Source: Eledone cirrhosa (taxonomy: Eukaryota). Taken from it: a stretch of 64,000 nt of DNA. The stretch covers positions 104,470,001 to 104,534,000 of the forward strand of contig OZ024740.1 in the NCBI GenBank assembly GCA_964016885.1, in the 5' to 3' direction. The notes below the pieces were generated by a model. That model worked only from the letters and a program-made list of their open reading frames with translations, made no database searches and was not told where the DNA came from. Shown here one piece after another: positions 42,413 through 55,300 of the stretch. Each line of letters opens with the position of its first letter. Positions within the stretch are counted from its first letter, which is position 1. Made by a program: the position numbers and the translations under genes.

Positions 42413-42474
42413 TAATTGAATTCATCCAACGCATTAACAATTCTGCTAATCCACTACCCAAAGATAATAATAAT

Positions 42475-42645
42475 TATTTCTACTTTTGGCACAAGGCTAG
42501 CAATTATCCCAGTGCATTACTGGTACTTTATTTTATCGAGCCCGTAAGGATGAAAGGCCAAGTTAACCATGGCGGTATTTGAACTCAGACTGTAAAGGGC
42601 CGTAACTCTGTGCTGCAAAGCGTGGCATCCAGCCTTCTACCGAGT
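42475..42645 (-). mobile_element. SINE family A
   Basis: Same central motif and B-box as the other family A copies. Confidence 0.8.
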
Positions 42646-42824
42646 ATTGAGTTTGTGATGATCATATTTAGATCACTGACCACCTGGTTTCAGGCTGAAA
42701 AGTATTAGCTCCCCAGGAATATAAAACAGAGCATGATAGAAAGGGGCAATATTTACACTGCGTAATATGCTGATTTTATGGCATAAAAACAGAGGGAAAG
42801 TGGTACAACCATCACCGAGATGCA

Positions 42825-43020
42825 GTAACAGGAGGTGAGAATGTGATAATCCTATGGGATTTCCCTGTAAATACTGACAGAAAAATCAATGCCAACAGAT
42901 CTGATATGAGCATTCCATCTTGAAAGAGTTCCAAAAGCTCAGTAAATATAAAGAACTGAACTGAAAAATATTTGGACCAAGAGATACAGAAAATAGTACA
43001 TAATAGCACTGTCCCTGTCC
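42825..43020 (+). mobile_element. Decayed R4/Dong-like endonuclease remnant
   Basis: GENVIILWDFPVNTDRKINANRSDM...KLSKYKEL matches the ILWDF-x-x-x-TD...NRPD and K-x-x-KY motifs. Confidence 0.65.
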
Positions 43021-43223
43021 TTCTCAGGACATTATCAATTTAAATAACTTACAATGACATTTACTATGGTTTATGCCCTTATGGCATCATTTGTATGACA
43101 ACTGATTGTACCAAATTTTGCCTCAGGTGTCAAGTTGACACTTGGCAAGGTATGGGAAAGAAGCAAAATTCAAAGGAAGTTTCAAATAATAACAATAATA
43201 ATAAAAATAATAATGTCACTTAC

Positions 43224-43340
43224 ATGGAGGTGTTCCACAACATCCTTGCGATCGTAAGTAATACCACTGGGGGTTATAACAGGTTCCCTCATTAGCTCAA
43301 AACTTATTCGGCCACACAAATAATCAGGGACATCACGTTT
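43224..43340 (-). CDS. STUB1: STUB1/CHIP penultimate coding exon (N-terminal half of the U-box)
   Basis: 117-nt phase 0-0 exon [39 protein letters not shown], with acceptor AAATTTCAG and donor GTAAGT. Joins in frame to the 28193 exon. The His equivalent to human H260 is retained. Confidence 0.96.
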
Positions 43341-43676
43341 CTGAAATTTAACAAACACAAATGATACAAGTGACACTATACAGAGTCCAATGTTTCAGCA
43401 AAGTTTAGATTTTATAACAGCAACTACTACTACTACCATTATGACTACTGTTCCCTACCATCACCATGACTACTCTTGCTGCTGCTGCTACTGCTACTAT
43501 TACTACTACAAACAACTGCAACATATAGCACAGCTAGAACCAACATCAACATTACAACAACCACCACTGTCCTCACAACTCCTTTATCATTCTCTGAAAG
43601 ATGAATGCTATAGTTGACCATAGTGAAATTTCAATTCACAACATAATGGAATTAACTATAAATACCATTTCGAGTG

Positions 43677-44020
43677 AAGGCGCATGACTTAGTGGCTAGA
43701 GCGTTGGACTTACAATCGTGAGGCAGTGAGTTCAATTCCCAGACCAGGCTGTGTGTTGTGTCCTTGAGCAGGACACTTTATTTCACATTGCTCCAATTTA
43801 CTCAGCTGTAGAAATGAGTTTGTGACGTCACAGGTGCCAAGCTGTATTGGTCTTTGCCTTTCCCTTGGACAACATCAGTGACATGGAGAGGGGAACTGCT
43901 ACACATAGGTGATTGCTGGTCTTCCACAAACAACCTTGCCTAGACATGTGCCTTGGAGGGTAACTTTCAAGGTGCAAGTCCCATGGTCATTCATGACCAA
44001 AGGGGGTCTTTATGCTTACC
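43677..44020 (+). mobile_element. tRNA-derived SINE family B, near full length
   Basis: A-box-like TGACTTAGTGG, B-box GTTCAATTCC, central GTGTCCTTGAGCAGGACACTT, and a TTTA(T/C)-type tail. Confidence 0.8.
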
Positions 44021-44821
44021 ATATACTGTATTTTGTAGCTTATTCGATGCCACTTTACCTTATGTGTCTAAAAACCACTCTATCCTATAAGCTGAAAATC
44101 AGTGATGGAAGTTATTAATTTAGAGTGAGGATTTCAAGCAGGCGAGACCTATTGTATGTTTTAACCTACCCACAAATTATACTTAACATTATTTCTGTGG
44201 AATAGCAGTATCGCTAGAGCATCAGACAACATGCTTTGTGATATATAGTTATGACCCTTACAATTCTGAGTTCAGATCCTGCCGAGATTAGCTTACAGGG
44301 TTGATAAAATAAAATACCAGTATTGCACCAAGTCGATTTAATCGACTTTCCTGGCCTTGTGCCAAAAAGAACAAACAATTATTTCTGTATCTAAAATTAC
44401 ATATATTTGATTTAAATTTTGTGCTCAATCTTGGCCTGAGATGAATTTGGATTAATGAGGAATTTAAGCTGAAATAAGGTTAGGTTTTAGTGTAGTAAAT
44501 ATTTCTTGGCATTAAGGACTTCTAATTTTTTGTTCTGATTATTACCTTCTAATGTGGCTGGTGTTACGAAGGGCATCCAGCCATAGAAACCAAGCCAAAA
44601 TATAGATCCGTATGAACAAAACACGGTCTCTGGACTGGACTTGTTCTATAACGTAACAACCCGTTTAACCCATGAAGCGTGGAAAATGAGCATTAAACAA
44701 TGATGAAATTGGGGTGCATCTATTAAACTGAGAAATACAGAACCTTCTCTGGTGTTCTGCTGATTCTGCTGTCCCCCTACCAACTTCATACAAAAACAAT
44801 AAGAACGATGGTAATAATAAT

Positions 44822-45020
44822 GGTTTCTGATTTAGGTACAAGGCCAACAGTTTTTGGGAAGGGAAAGTCGACCAAATCAACCCCAATGTGTAATTGATAC
44901 TTTATGTTATTAACTCTGTGAAGCTAACCTCAGCAACATTTGAACTCAGAATGTAAAGGGACGTAACTCTATGCCACAAAGCATGTCTGATTCTCTACTG
45001 ATACTGCCAATCCACCGCCT
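44822..45020 (-). mobile_element. SINE family A
   Basis: Head AGGCGGTGGATTGGCAGTATC, B-box and (ATT)n tail. Confidence 0.8.
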
Positions 45021-45534
45021 TTATATAATAATAACAAAATGGTGGTGGTGGTGAATGATAGTAAGAGTAGTTCAGGTGACAACAGTAAAGATAAGGTGGT
45101 TGTGGTTGCAGTATTGACAGCTGAGGTGGTGATTGTAGTGGTGGTGCAGTTACAGTGGCAGCTGCCCTGGTCAAATACTGCAGCCAAATCCTATTTCCTT
45201 GGACACACACAATACAACTTCAGTCAGTCCCATCTCTGACCCCCCCCCCCCCCCCACACACACACACACAACCCACCACACACACATACACACCACCTCT
45301 CCTCCATGTCTCACTGTCTGTGTTGAGTTGCCATCAGCAACCTTTTAGCTGACATTTCAGTCTAGAGCACAGAACTAATTCCATTTTAACAGACAATAAT
45401 CTAGAGATAGCTATTTGGCAGCTGACTCTGCTATTACCACCACCATATTGCAGTCTATTGCAGATTTTAGTCAGCTTCACTTCCATCGTTAGAGACAAAC
45501 ATACAAAACATTACTATTACTATCATTATCAACA

Positions 45535-45725
45535 TTTAGGTGAATTGTCAGAATTATTAGAGCATTGGATAAAATGCTGTGCAGTTCTTGTTCCGGCTCA
45601 TTATGTTCTGAGTTCAAATGCCATCGAAGTTAACATTGCCTTTCATCCTTCTGGGGTTGATTTAATCAACTTTGCCCTTCCCTTGAAATTTCTCGCCTTG
45701 TGCTTAGACTAGAAACCAATATTAT
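45535..45725 (+). mobile_element. SINE family A, older copy on the plus strand
   Basis: GTTCTGAGTTCAAATG...GCCTTTCATCCTTCTGGGGTTGAT...CCTTGTGC...AGAAACCAATATTATT. Confidence 0.7.
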
Positions 45726-45879
45726 TACTATCAACATAAACGATATGTTTATGCACAGAGATGCTTATAAAATAGAGTAAAGACACTTAAAAGACAACGT
45801 ACATTGATCATTATCATCATCGATTGACAGCTTTAACATAATCATTTGACCTGTTCAATGTAGCTGTCAGTTTGCCCAT

Positions 45880-46110
45880 GACACTGCACCAAATCCACAG
45901 TCTTTAGGATAGAGATCATACAATTCTGTAATGGGGCTTCTACATAGATACTACACCACAAATCCAGATACTTCTGTAATGGGGCTTCTACATAGACACT
46001 GCACCAAATCCACAGGGATCACACAGTTCTGTAATGGGGCTTCTACATAGACACTGCACTAAATCCACAGGGATCACACAGTTATGCAATGGGGCTTTTA
46101 CATAGACACT
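45880..46110. repeat. Tandem repeat of about 55 bp, four copies
   Basis: Unit ACACTGCACCAAATCCACAGGGATCACACAGTTCTGTAATGGGGCTTCTACATAG. Confidence 0.88.
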
Positions 46111-47705
46111 TTTAATCCAAACCTCCTATTGTCTTTAACAGTGAGACCATACACGCCAACAACTTGAACCTGCACAGTGTATAATTGGATGCTTCAACAA
46201 GAAACTCCCTTACTGTCTTTAGAATGGAAATATTATGTGAATTTCAATGCAGAACATAAAGATCCAGAAAAGATGTAACAAAATATTGTAAGGTATCTTG
46301 CAATTTGTGTGATACCTTACAAATTCTAACACCCACAGGCCTAACAATAATGATTTCTAATTTAGGTATAAGGCTAGCAATTTGAGAGAAAGAGAAAATC
46401 AATTATAGCAACCCCAGTACATAACAGGTACTTTATTTTATTGGAAGGATAAAAGACAAAGTTGACCTAAGTTGGATTTGAACTCAGAATGTAAAGAGAA
46501 TGAATGCCATAAAGGTATTTTATCCAATGCTCTAATGATTCCACTAATCAACACCCCTAACCAGCCTAACAATAATTATAATAATTTTTTATAATAGAGG
46601 CATAATCAACTATAGGAGGCTATGACTGATTTAATCAGAACGTTATTTGAGTGGTACTTATTTTAATGAACAAGGAGAGAAGACACAGTTAATTCCAGCT
46701 GGGCTTGAACTAAGATTATATGAGAATGTTACTAAAAACCACAAAACTTCAGTTCTATTGCTCTGTTGGTGTAATGGAAAACAAATATTGTCAGTTGAAT
46801 AATCTTCATTCCAACTACTAGATCTATTAATGCTATTTGTCAACTGTGAAGCTGCATGGCTTAGTGGTTAGAGTGTTGTACTCGTGATTGTGTCCTTCAG
46901 TGTGGAAGATAGATGTTAAACGAAGATGATGATGATGATGACATAGCTGCTGTCCACTCAGCTAGAAAAAAATGAGATGTGATGTGATGACACTGCTGTC
47001 AAGCTATATCATTCTTTGCCTTTCTCCTCAACAACATTGATTGCATGGAAAGTGGAGACTGACATACATGGACAACTGCCACACATCCACAAAACACATT
47101 GCCCAAACTTGGACCTTGGAAGGAGAACTTTTTACATATAAGCCCATCTTTAAAAATGACTGAAGGAGTGCCCACTCTTCATCAATCTCAGAGAAACACA
47201 AGAAACACAACTTATCAAAAACAAAGTGCTTCATCAAATATACATTATTTAAAATATTTAAAGAGATATTTTTACATGGGCGTCTCAATGTATTCATGTA
47301 AGGCTGACCTACACTATAGTAGATGTAAGCTGAATTATATAAACAATCACATAACCACCTGTCATTTGGCATCCTTCCTATAAAATAACGCCTATCCTAT
47401 TTTCACTAAAAACTGCCAAAATGTTGAGTGTTTTGTCACTTATAATTAATCACTTCATAATTACTGAATATTAATAAAAGTTTGATGTTAGACTGTACAA
47501 GTGTGTGTATGTGTTCATATATATACATATATCATCATCGCTATTTGACGTCTATTTTCTACTCTTACATAAGTTAGATGAGTTGTCACAACTGAGTTTA
47601 GGCAAATCAGGTGACATTTTACTCATACACTCAGTTTTGTGGTTGGTTTTTACTACTGGGTGCCCTTCCTAACATCAACCACTTTATCATGTGTAGTAGG
47701 AGCAT

Positions 47706-47802
47706 GTCTCCCCCAAAAAATGCATACATGCTTCAACAGCATTCTAATAAATATTACTGCACAGGTAATCAAAGTATGTATACATTTTTTTGGAACACCC
47801 TG
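47706..47802. mobile_element. Tiny Tc1-like MITE, same family as 29011 and 29397
   Basis: CCAAAAAATGCATACA...ACAGGTAATCAAA...GTATACATTTTTTTGGAACACCCTG|TA. Confidence 0.7.
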
Positions 47803-47804
47803 TA

Positions 47805-47839
<35 letters not shown>

Positions 47840-47843
<4 letters not shown>

Positions 47844-48944
47844 TGTAGGAAAGGAGTAGGTAGAAATTCCATTTTATATCCCAAATGCAAACTATGGGTA
47901 CATAAAAGATGTAGTGGGATCACAGGCAGGCTATCTAAGAACGTAGCAAGTGCCCACAGGATACTAGCTCCTTCTACTGCCCAGATGGTTCTATAGAAAT
48001 AGTGGACACTTTCCATTACCTGGGTGACAAAATCAGCAGTGGTGGAGGGTGCTCTGAAAGTACAGTAGCCTTAGTTAGAACGGGATGGAAAAAGTTCAGA
48101 GAGCTTATACCGCTGATGGCCTCAAAAGGTTTCTCTCTAAAAATGAAAGGCAGATTGTATGATGCCTGTATACGAACAGCAATGCTACATGGCAGTGAGA
48201 CATGGGCATTGTGTGCAGAGGACCTGTGCAGACTGGAAAGGAATGAAGCATGCATGCTCCGTTGGATGTGTAATAGTAATATACGCGAACGGCAAAACAT
48301 AAATGAACTAAGTGAGAAATTAGGAATAAAAGATGCTGTTTACTTGAGAGAAGACTACGTCGGTATGGTCACGTGATGCGCATGAAAGATGACAGCTGTA
48401 TAAAAAAGTGCAGGGCGATCAAAATTGATGGAAGTTACGGAGTAGGTAGACCCAGAAAAATTTGGGACAACATGGTAAATTCCGATCTTGCACACTTGCA
48501 CCTCTCTAAGACAATGTCACTGGACCGAGATCTTTGGCGCCACACAGTAATACAGAAGACCCGCCTTCCCTACGTGCAAAGTTAACCCACAGTCAGTCGG
48601 CACCTCTTAACCAAATATACACCCCAACGCACCACCCCTACTTCATCCTCCCACTCCTGCCAACACCACCTTTCTCTATCAATTTATGTTGGTACAACAG
48701 AACATCCAGTCCAAACTAAAGAGGTTGTGTTGGTGCCACGACAAAAAAACACACAGTCCACGCTGCAATGTGGCTGTGTAGGTAACACGGTAAAAAGTTC
48801 CCAGTCCACACTGTAAATGTGGTTTGTGTTAGGAAGAACATTCAGCCATAGAAAACCTGCCAGATAGTCCTATATGAGCAAGACACGGTCACTCGACCAA
48901 TCTTGCCTCATGGAAGATAGACGTTAAATAATGATGATGATGAT
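47840..48944 (+). mobile_element. RTE-clade LINE, 5'-truncated within the PHD finger
   Basis: VCRKGVGRNSILYPKCKLWVHKRC..., then FHYLG and DRDLWR, a 3' UTR and (GAT)n tail. (TA)n on both sides. Confidence 0.92.
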
Positions 48945-48957
48945 ATATATATATATC

Positions 48958-51023
48958 TGTAGCAAGAGTTGCCTCCCTTGTTATGATGATTACATCAGCA
49001 GCAGCGCTGGTACAGGAACGGGAGTCTGACTGCATCGTCCGAAGAAACCAGACGTCAATAGCTTCGCTCTGGCGATTAACCACGTGATGAGATCCCCACC
49101 ATGGGACCGTCACGTGCTAATCACTGCAGTCCTTTCTTCGGAACATTAAACATTCCAGGTATAACCAAAGTATTTATTCTTATTGTTATTGTTGTTTCAT
49201 CTAATAACCGTGTTAATCCATTTGACAATTTCCTATAACATTTAATTGTTATAATTGGTGACCTTCGACGATTAAGTATGAAAACGCAGCCTATTTGAAT
49301 TCGCCATTCGTTTTAATGGCAATGTGGAGTGGCTTAACATTTGGAATGTTCGAATCGGGTAGCTAGGCTCACGTAGCGTAAGGCCATAAAATTCATAATA
49401 TTCCATTTGTTGAGGCACGCGGCCTGCACAATATTTTTGTCATAACTTTCATGGTAACACTATTGACTCACGCATACAGACGAACACAAAAATACAACAC
49501 AAAAGAAAGAGTTTTTTCGACGACTAACAAAAAATTTCTCTTTTGGATTGAAAATTGTGCAATGTCTTCTATCCGGTTGAGGTGGTTTGGTATATTTCAA
49601 TTAGTTGATAAAATGAGTACATCATTTTCGTTGAGATGTATCAGCTACCTTTTCGAAGATTACTACAGCTCGTTCTTTGTTTTCGTCTAGCGTGGAATTA
49701 CAATCCTGTGATAACATGAAAATTTCTTTCGCACGTGCTTCAACGATTAATTTGTTGCTTTTCACTGATTATGTATCGTTACGACTTTTAACGAACAAGA
49801 TCGGATATTTTGCATTGGTTTTTCGAAATGCACATTGTATTTTCTGATTTTACACCTTCACACATTCATTGCAAAAGAGTTTTCACAGTCTAAACGCAAA
49901 AAATTCAAGATGGCCGCTTTTTTACTTTTTGATTTCATTATCAGCACCGTCATCTTTGCTTCTTCTTCAAATGCAGCCATCTGATTGGCTTAGCCTCGTC
50001 ACACGACCATATCCTTTTTTTGGAAAAGAAATGCGACGTCATCTTGTTTCATAATGGCTATCTCGAATCACAGATCCACCCTTTTGGATTTTCGCTGCTA
50101 TTTCTTGTACTGTGACTGAATTTCTTTTGCTTGCGGCAACTTGTGAGATGACAATTTTTTTTTCTCTCCGCGAGACATCACCAACAACATCAACAACAAC
50201 ACAGCTTTATCTTTGCTTTATCAACAACCAAAACCAGCAGAATAAAACACAGAGAATTTATTTTTGCAGCACTCTTCCTGTGAGAAAATCCCACCGCCTC
50301 CGGAGGTTGGGAATTTCACGTTGTACCACAGTCTAGAAACCACCTGCATACATTCTCGTGAGGACACACTCCCTTTCCTGCTGTCATGTGCTTACATACC
50401 TGTGAACTTTATTTTGAACATTTGAACTTTGTTTATAATTATGTTCGAGCATGTTTCTTTGCTCCTTTGACCTCTTCTTTTAAGTTGATTACATTGTATC
50501 TTTGTGTGATAGATAGATAGATGTCCAGTCGTTCTCTGGCCAAGAGCGGTTGGCTAACTTGATATCTATCATTAATTTTTGCATGCTTATATTTTGCTGT
50601 TTGCTTTTATTGCAAACATTATTTTTTTTGTAATTTTCATGCCTGGACTTTGGTGTGACATGCTCGCCAACTTACTTCATACATGGTTGATTCAATTTTT
50701 ATGTTTTAAAAATCTGGCGAGAGGTAATGTAGCAAGAGTTGCTTCCCTTGTTATGACGATCGCATCAGCAGCAGCGCTGGTACAGGAACGGGAGTCTGAC
50801 TGCATCGTCCGAAGAAACCAAATTTCAATAGCTTCGCTCTGGCGATTAACCACGTGATGAGATCTCCACCATGGGATCGTCACGTGCAAATCACTGCAGT
50901 CCTTTCTTCGGAACATTAAACATTCCAGATTTAACCAAAGCATTTATTCTTATTGTTATTGTTGTTTCATCTAATAACCCTGTTAATCCATTTGACAATT
51001 TCCTATAACATTTAATTGTTATA
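48958..51023 (+). mobile_element. Non-autonomous LTR retrotransposon (TRIM/LARD-like, probably Gypsy-related)
   Basis: 296-bp direct repeats at 48958-49253 and 50728-51023 (TGTAGCAA...TTGTTATA). 4-bp TSD TATC at 48954-48957 and 51024-51027. PBS-like TGGTGACCTTCGACG at 49256 and purine-rich GGCGAGAGGTAA before the 3' LTR. No long internal ORF. Confidence 0.9.
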
Positions 51024-51084
51024 TATCTGTGAGAGCAGGATTGTGATAATATTCAATGCCTCTATGCATTATAGTATTGTATCG

Positions 51085-51380
51085 ATGGCTCTGAACATTA
51101 ATCAGTATACACTGAGGATGAAGAACTCAGAGCTGTACGAGAGCCTCCCAAAAGTCAGCTCAAAAACTGAGGTTACCTGGACATGCTCACCGACATCCAG
51201 AGTTGACACTGCACTCAGTGCTCCTGTGGAAGCCCCTGCATGGACACACTGGAAGAGGAAGACCGAGGTTAACATATGTTGATGCCCTAAGGACAGACAC
51301 TGGTCTCATGGAGACGCAGGACAGAGACCGCTGGAGAGAACTTGCCCATGGATCTCGGGAATTTTACCCGCCCTAGACTA
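51085..51380 (+). mobile_element. Decayed RTE-like LINE 3' fragment (different family)
   Basis: Frameshifted ELYESLPKVS...LRLPGHAHRHPEL...VLLWKPLHGHTGRGRPRLTYVDAL...DRDRWREL. Confidence 0.7.
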
Positions 51381-51419
51381 GACATATATATAAAAGGAAC
51401 GATCGATTTTCGTCAAATC

Positions 51420-51664
51420 GGACCGAGGGAACAATGTTTCCGTTGGTCTTTCCAATTGCTAATACTATCTATCGATCGCAACTCCAGGTAGAAGGAGCAT
51501 CGTGAAATAAAGTGTCTTGCTCAAGGACATAACGCATCGCCTGGTCCAGGAATCGAACTCACAACCTTACGATTGCGAATTCAATTCTCTAACCACTCAG
51601 CCACACGCCTTCACATTACGATTGCGAATCCAATTCTCTAACCACTCAGCCACACGCCTTCACA
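51420..51664 (-). mobile_element. SINE family B with a tandemly duplicated head of about 49 bp
   Basis: TTACGATTGCGAAT(T/C)CAATTCTCTAACCACTCAGCCACACGCCTTCACA occurs twice. B-box GTTCGATTCC on the minus strand. Confidence 0.75.
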
Positions 51665-51756
51665 CATATATATATATACAATAAAGTATGTCCATAGAAT
51701 CATTTGATAAAATATATACACCATTTCCTCTCCCAATCAGCATAATCAACCACACA

Positions 51757-52089
51757 AAAGTATCGTCTTCCTGTTTTCCTTCGGTTGTAACGTTTTTAGA
51801 AATATTTACTTCTGCATCCACAGATTGATTTTTTTTAGTTTCAGAAGATCCAGTTAAGGGTGAAAGCAGCAATTGTTTGCTTAAACTTTAATCTGTTATT
51901 TAAAAAATATATATATATATATATATATATAAATATTTAAAAAAAAAAAACAGATTAAAGTTTAAGCAAACAATCGCTGCTTTCACCCTTAACTGGATCT
52001 TCTGACACTAAAAAAAATCAATCTGTGGATGCAGAAGTAAATATTTCGAAAAACGTTACAACCGAAGGAAAACAGGAAGACGATACTTT
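51757..52089. repeat. Near-perfect inverted repeat with arms of about 140 bp centred on (TA)n
   Basis: 51757-51897 versus 51949-52089. I count 3 mismatches by eye. Confidence 0.92.
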
Positions 52090-52365
52090 GGTTCGTGAAG
52101 ATGTTCCCTGGCAATGAATGGAAAAAAAGTGAAGATAATGTGGAGTGATCAGAACAATTTCACACAAAGACAAAAAAACCAAAACCACGTTTATGGTATA
52201 AATGGAGTCATTAGACTAATATTCTATTTAGGAAACCAAATGATTCTCAGCTCTGGAGTTAAGAATAATGTAAATAAATTTGTTGAACGAAAATGATAGA
52301 GGTTATTAAAATCGTAAAAGTTAAGATTTATACAATTATATATATATATATATACACACACACAC

Positions 52366-55300
52366 CATCATCATTTAATGTTCATTTTACCATACTAGCA
52401 TGGGTTAGACACGTTATCCCGTTGTGAGACAAGCCAAGTCAGATGACCCTGTCTTGCTCATAGAGAACTGATTTTGGCTTGGTTTCTATGGCTGAATGCC
52501 CTTCTTAATGCCAACCACATTTACTGTGTGGACTAGGAACTTTTTGTCATGACGCCTACATGACTACTTTACAGTGTGTGCTGGGTGCTTTTTTGTTGTG
52601 ACACCTACACGACCACTTTACAGTGTAGGTTGGTTACTTTTTGACGTGACACCTACACGACCACTTTACAGTGTGGGCTGGGTGCTTTTTTGGCATAAAA
52701 AAAAGAACCACTTTACAGTGTGGACCGGTGGGGGGAGATGCATGAGGATAGGGACACTTATCAGGTGAGGACATTAGTTAAGGGTGGGGTGTTTAGGATG
52801 TGAGTGGGGAAGGTAGGGGAAAGTGGTGCCTACTGAATGCATGCTTTAACCTGTGTATAAGGGCATATGGTTCTTCTGAATAAATCTCGATCCTATGTCA
52901 TCATCTTAGAAAGGTGCAATTGTGCAAGGTCAGCCTTTATCACCTCATCCAAAGTCTTCCTACTCCATAGCTACTTTCAACTTTGACCACCCTGCACCTT
53001 TTTATACAGCTGTCATTTTTCATATACATCACATGTCCATACCAACCAATCTCCTCTCCTGCACACTGCATCTGATTCCTCAGTTCATTTATACTTTGCC
53101 ATTCATGTATAAATACTATTACACATCCAATGAAGCATGCCAGCTTCATTTCTTTCCAACCTTCACAGGTCCTCTGCACACAGAACCCAGGTCTCACTAC
53201 CATGCAACATAGCTGCTCATATACACACATCATACTATCTGCCCTTCATTTTGAGGGAAAAACCTTTAGTAGTTAGCAGCAATAGTAGCTCCCTGAACTT
53301 TTTCCATCTCATCCTCATTCTGGTTACTGTACTTTTCAAACACCCACTTCCACTCCTAATTTGGTCACCCAGGTAACAGAAGTTGTCAACCGCTTTTACT
53401 GAACCTTCCAAGAATTTGATAGCTCTTCTTTCCTGGTAGTGTTTATTACTTACTGCACCTATGCAACAGCCATATGTAAGACCTACATTCTTAGCTAACT
53501 CACCTTGGATCCCACTACATGTCGTGCACCCATAGGTTGTATTTGGAACAGAGGTTGGAATTTCTACCCGCTCCTTTTCTACATACTGAGCAGAGCCATT
53601 TCCCAGAAGAGATTAGAGCCCTATTTTACTTACTTATTAGAACTTTGGTCTTTCCCCAGTTGACTTTAAGACTTTTTGATTCCAAGTTATGCTTCGAGGT
53701 CAGGGATTTTTTTCTAGTTCTGATATGGATTCAGCTATGAGAGTCAGATAATCAGCATACAGGAATTCCTAAGGGTATCCTGTTTTAAACTCTTCTGTTA
53801 TAGCTTGGAGGACAATAATGAACAGAAGAGGGCTAAGGACAGAGCCTTGGTGGACTCCAACTTGCACATTAAATTCCTTGCTATAGTCATTATTAATTAT
53901 AACCTTGCTAACAAGCACCTCTGTACATGGCTTGTACTGCCCCCACTAGCCACTCTTCTACTCCTAGTTTCCTAAGTGCCCACCAGATAATTGAACGGGG
54001 GATCATGTCAAAAACTTTCTCTAGGTCAATAGATTCCAAGTAGATGGGTTTACTTTTAGCTAGGTACTTCTACAGTTGCCTCACAAGAAAGAGAGCATCT
54101 GTGGTAATTCTACCTGGGGCATATCTGAAATGCATCTCATCTAGGTTAATTCGTTCCTTGATCAGTTGAACAATGACTCATTTCTGTAACCTGGTCCATC
54201 AGTTTTATGCCTTGATAGCTCCCTCTGTCTCAGGCATCACCCTTTCTCTTGTAGCAGTTGACAATGATGCTGCTATATGTTATTGGGTATGGCACGATTT
54301 TGTATAACTTGAATTACAATAGCTGTGGTTATGGTGTGACCTAACATCCCAGATGCTTTCAGCATCTCAGCATATACTCGATGGCACTGCTGCTTTGCCT
54401 GTTTTCATGTCCTTAATTGCCTTACTACACTGCTGCTAACTTGGACCACTGATACCTCTGTGGGGTCTATATAGGGCAGGCTATCTTCCGCCCACACCTT
54501 CTCATTCATCAGTCTCTGATAATTGTTTCTACTTTTTGGCACAAGGCCAGCAATTACCCAGTGCATTACTGGTACTTTATTTTATCGACTCCGTAAGGGC
54601 GAAAGGCAAAGTTAACCTCGGCAGGATTCAAACTCAGAATGGCAAGGGCCGTAATTCTATACGTCAAAGCATAGCGTCCAACCCTCTACCGATACTGCCA
54701 ATCCACCAATCAGTCTCTCATAATGACACTTCTACGCTGCTTTCTTTTTGGTTTTGGTGAGGGCAAGTGCATCATTGTCATCCCAGACACTTTTCCACCA
54801 CAACATCACTATTTTCCCAGACACATGTGATCCTGAGCACCTTATGTCTTTGATCCTCTTGTTGCATAACATGAATAAGCTTCTTACATTCCACTTCTCT
54901 CCTTGCAAAGTATTTTTGTTGCCTTGCCTCTCACTTGGCCACTTGGTAAGATTCTCTGCTACCCCCATTTTGCCATTCTTTCCATGTCTGTTTCTTAGCC
55001 TTATTTGACTCATCCACCCTACTATTCCACCACCAAGTCACTCTCTTATTCCATGGACCTCTGCTCCAGCCACATACTTCATATGTGGTTTTCAGGAGAT
55101 TTTCTCTCAGTAACTCCCACTGTTCCTCTGTTTCATATGTCACTATTTCTTCCTTATTGTCAAAAGCATCAAGTAAGATATTCCTAAATTTTCCTTTTAA
55201 CTAACTTCCATATCTTTTCCTTCCAGGTTGCCCTATGTCTTTGAGTACGTCTAGCTCTAATTAGCAGGTCGCTGACTACTAGGTTGTGTTAGGAGGTGCA

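Larger units (their letters stand above)
28194..43223 (-). other. STUB1: Last intron of STUB1 (15,030 bp, GT-AG)
   Basis: Bounded by GTAAGT at 43223 and TTTACAG at 28194. Filled with LINEs, MITEs and a minisatellite. Confidence 0.9.

Noticed and set aside
43290-43320. K-to-R difference in the U-box as hard-wired A-to-I recoding
   Set aside because: The Arg codon is CGA, which is not reachable from a Lys codon by a single A-to-G change.
43677-43750. tRNA gene
   Set aside because: The A/B boxes belong to a multi-copy SINE head. I could not form a convincing cloverleaf.
47160-47200. FSEIDEE peptide as the missing upstream STUB1 exon (human ...FSQVDEKRK)
   Set aside because: The similarity is only a few residues, there is no suitable donor after it, and the flanking residues do not match.
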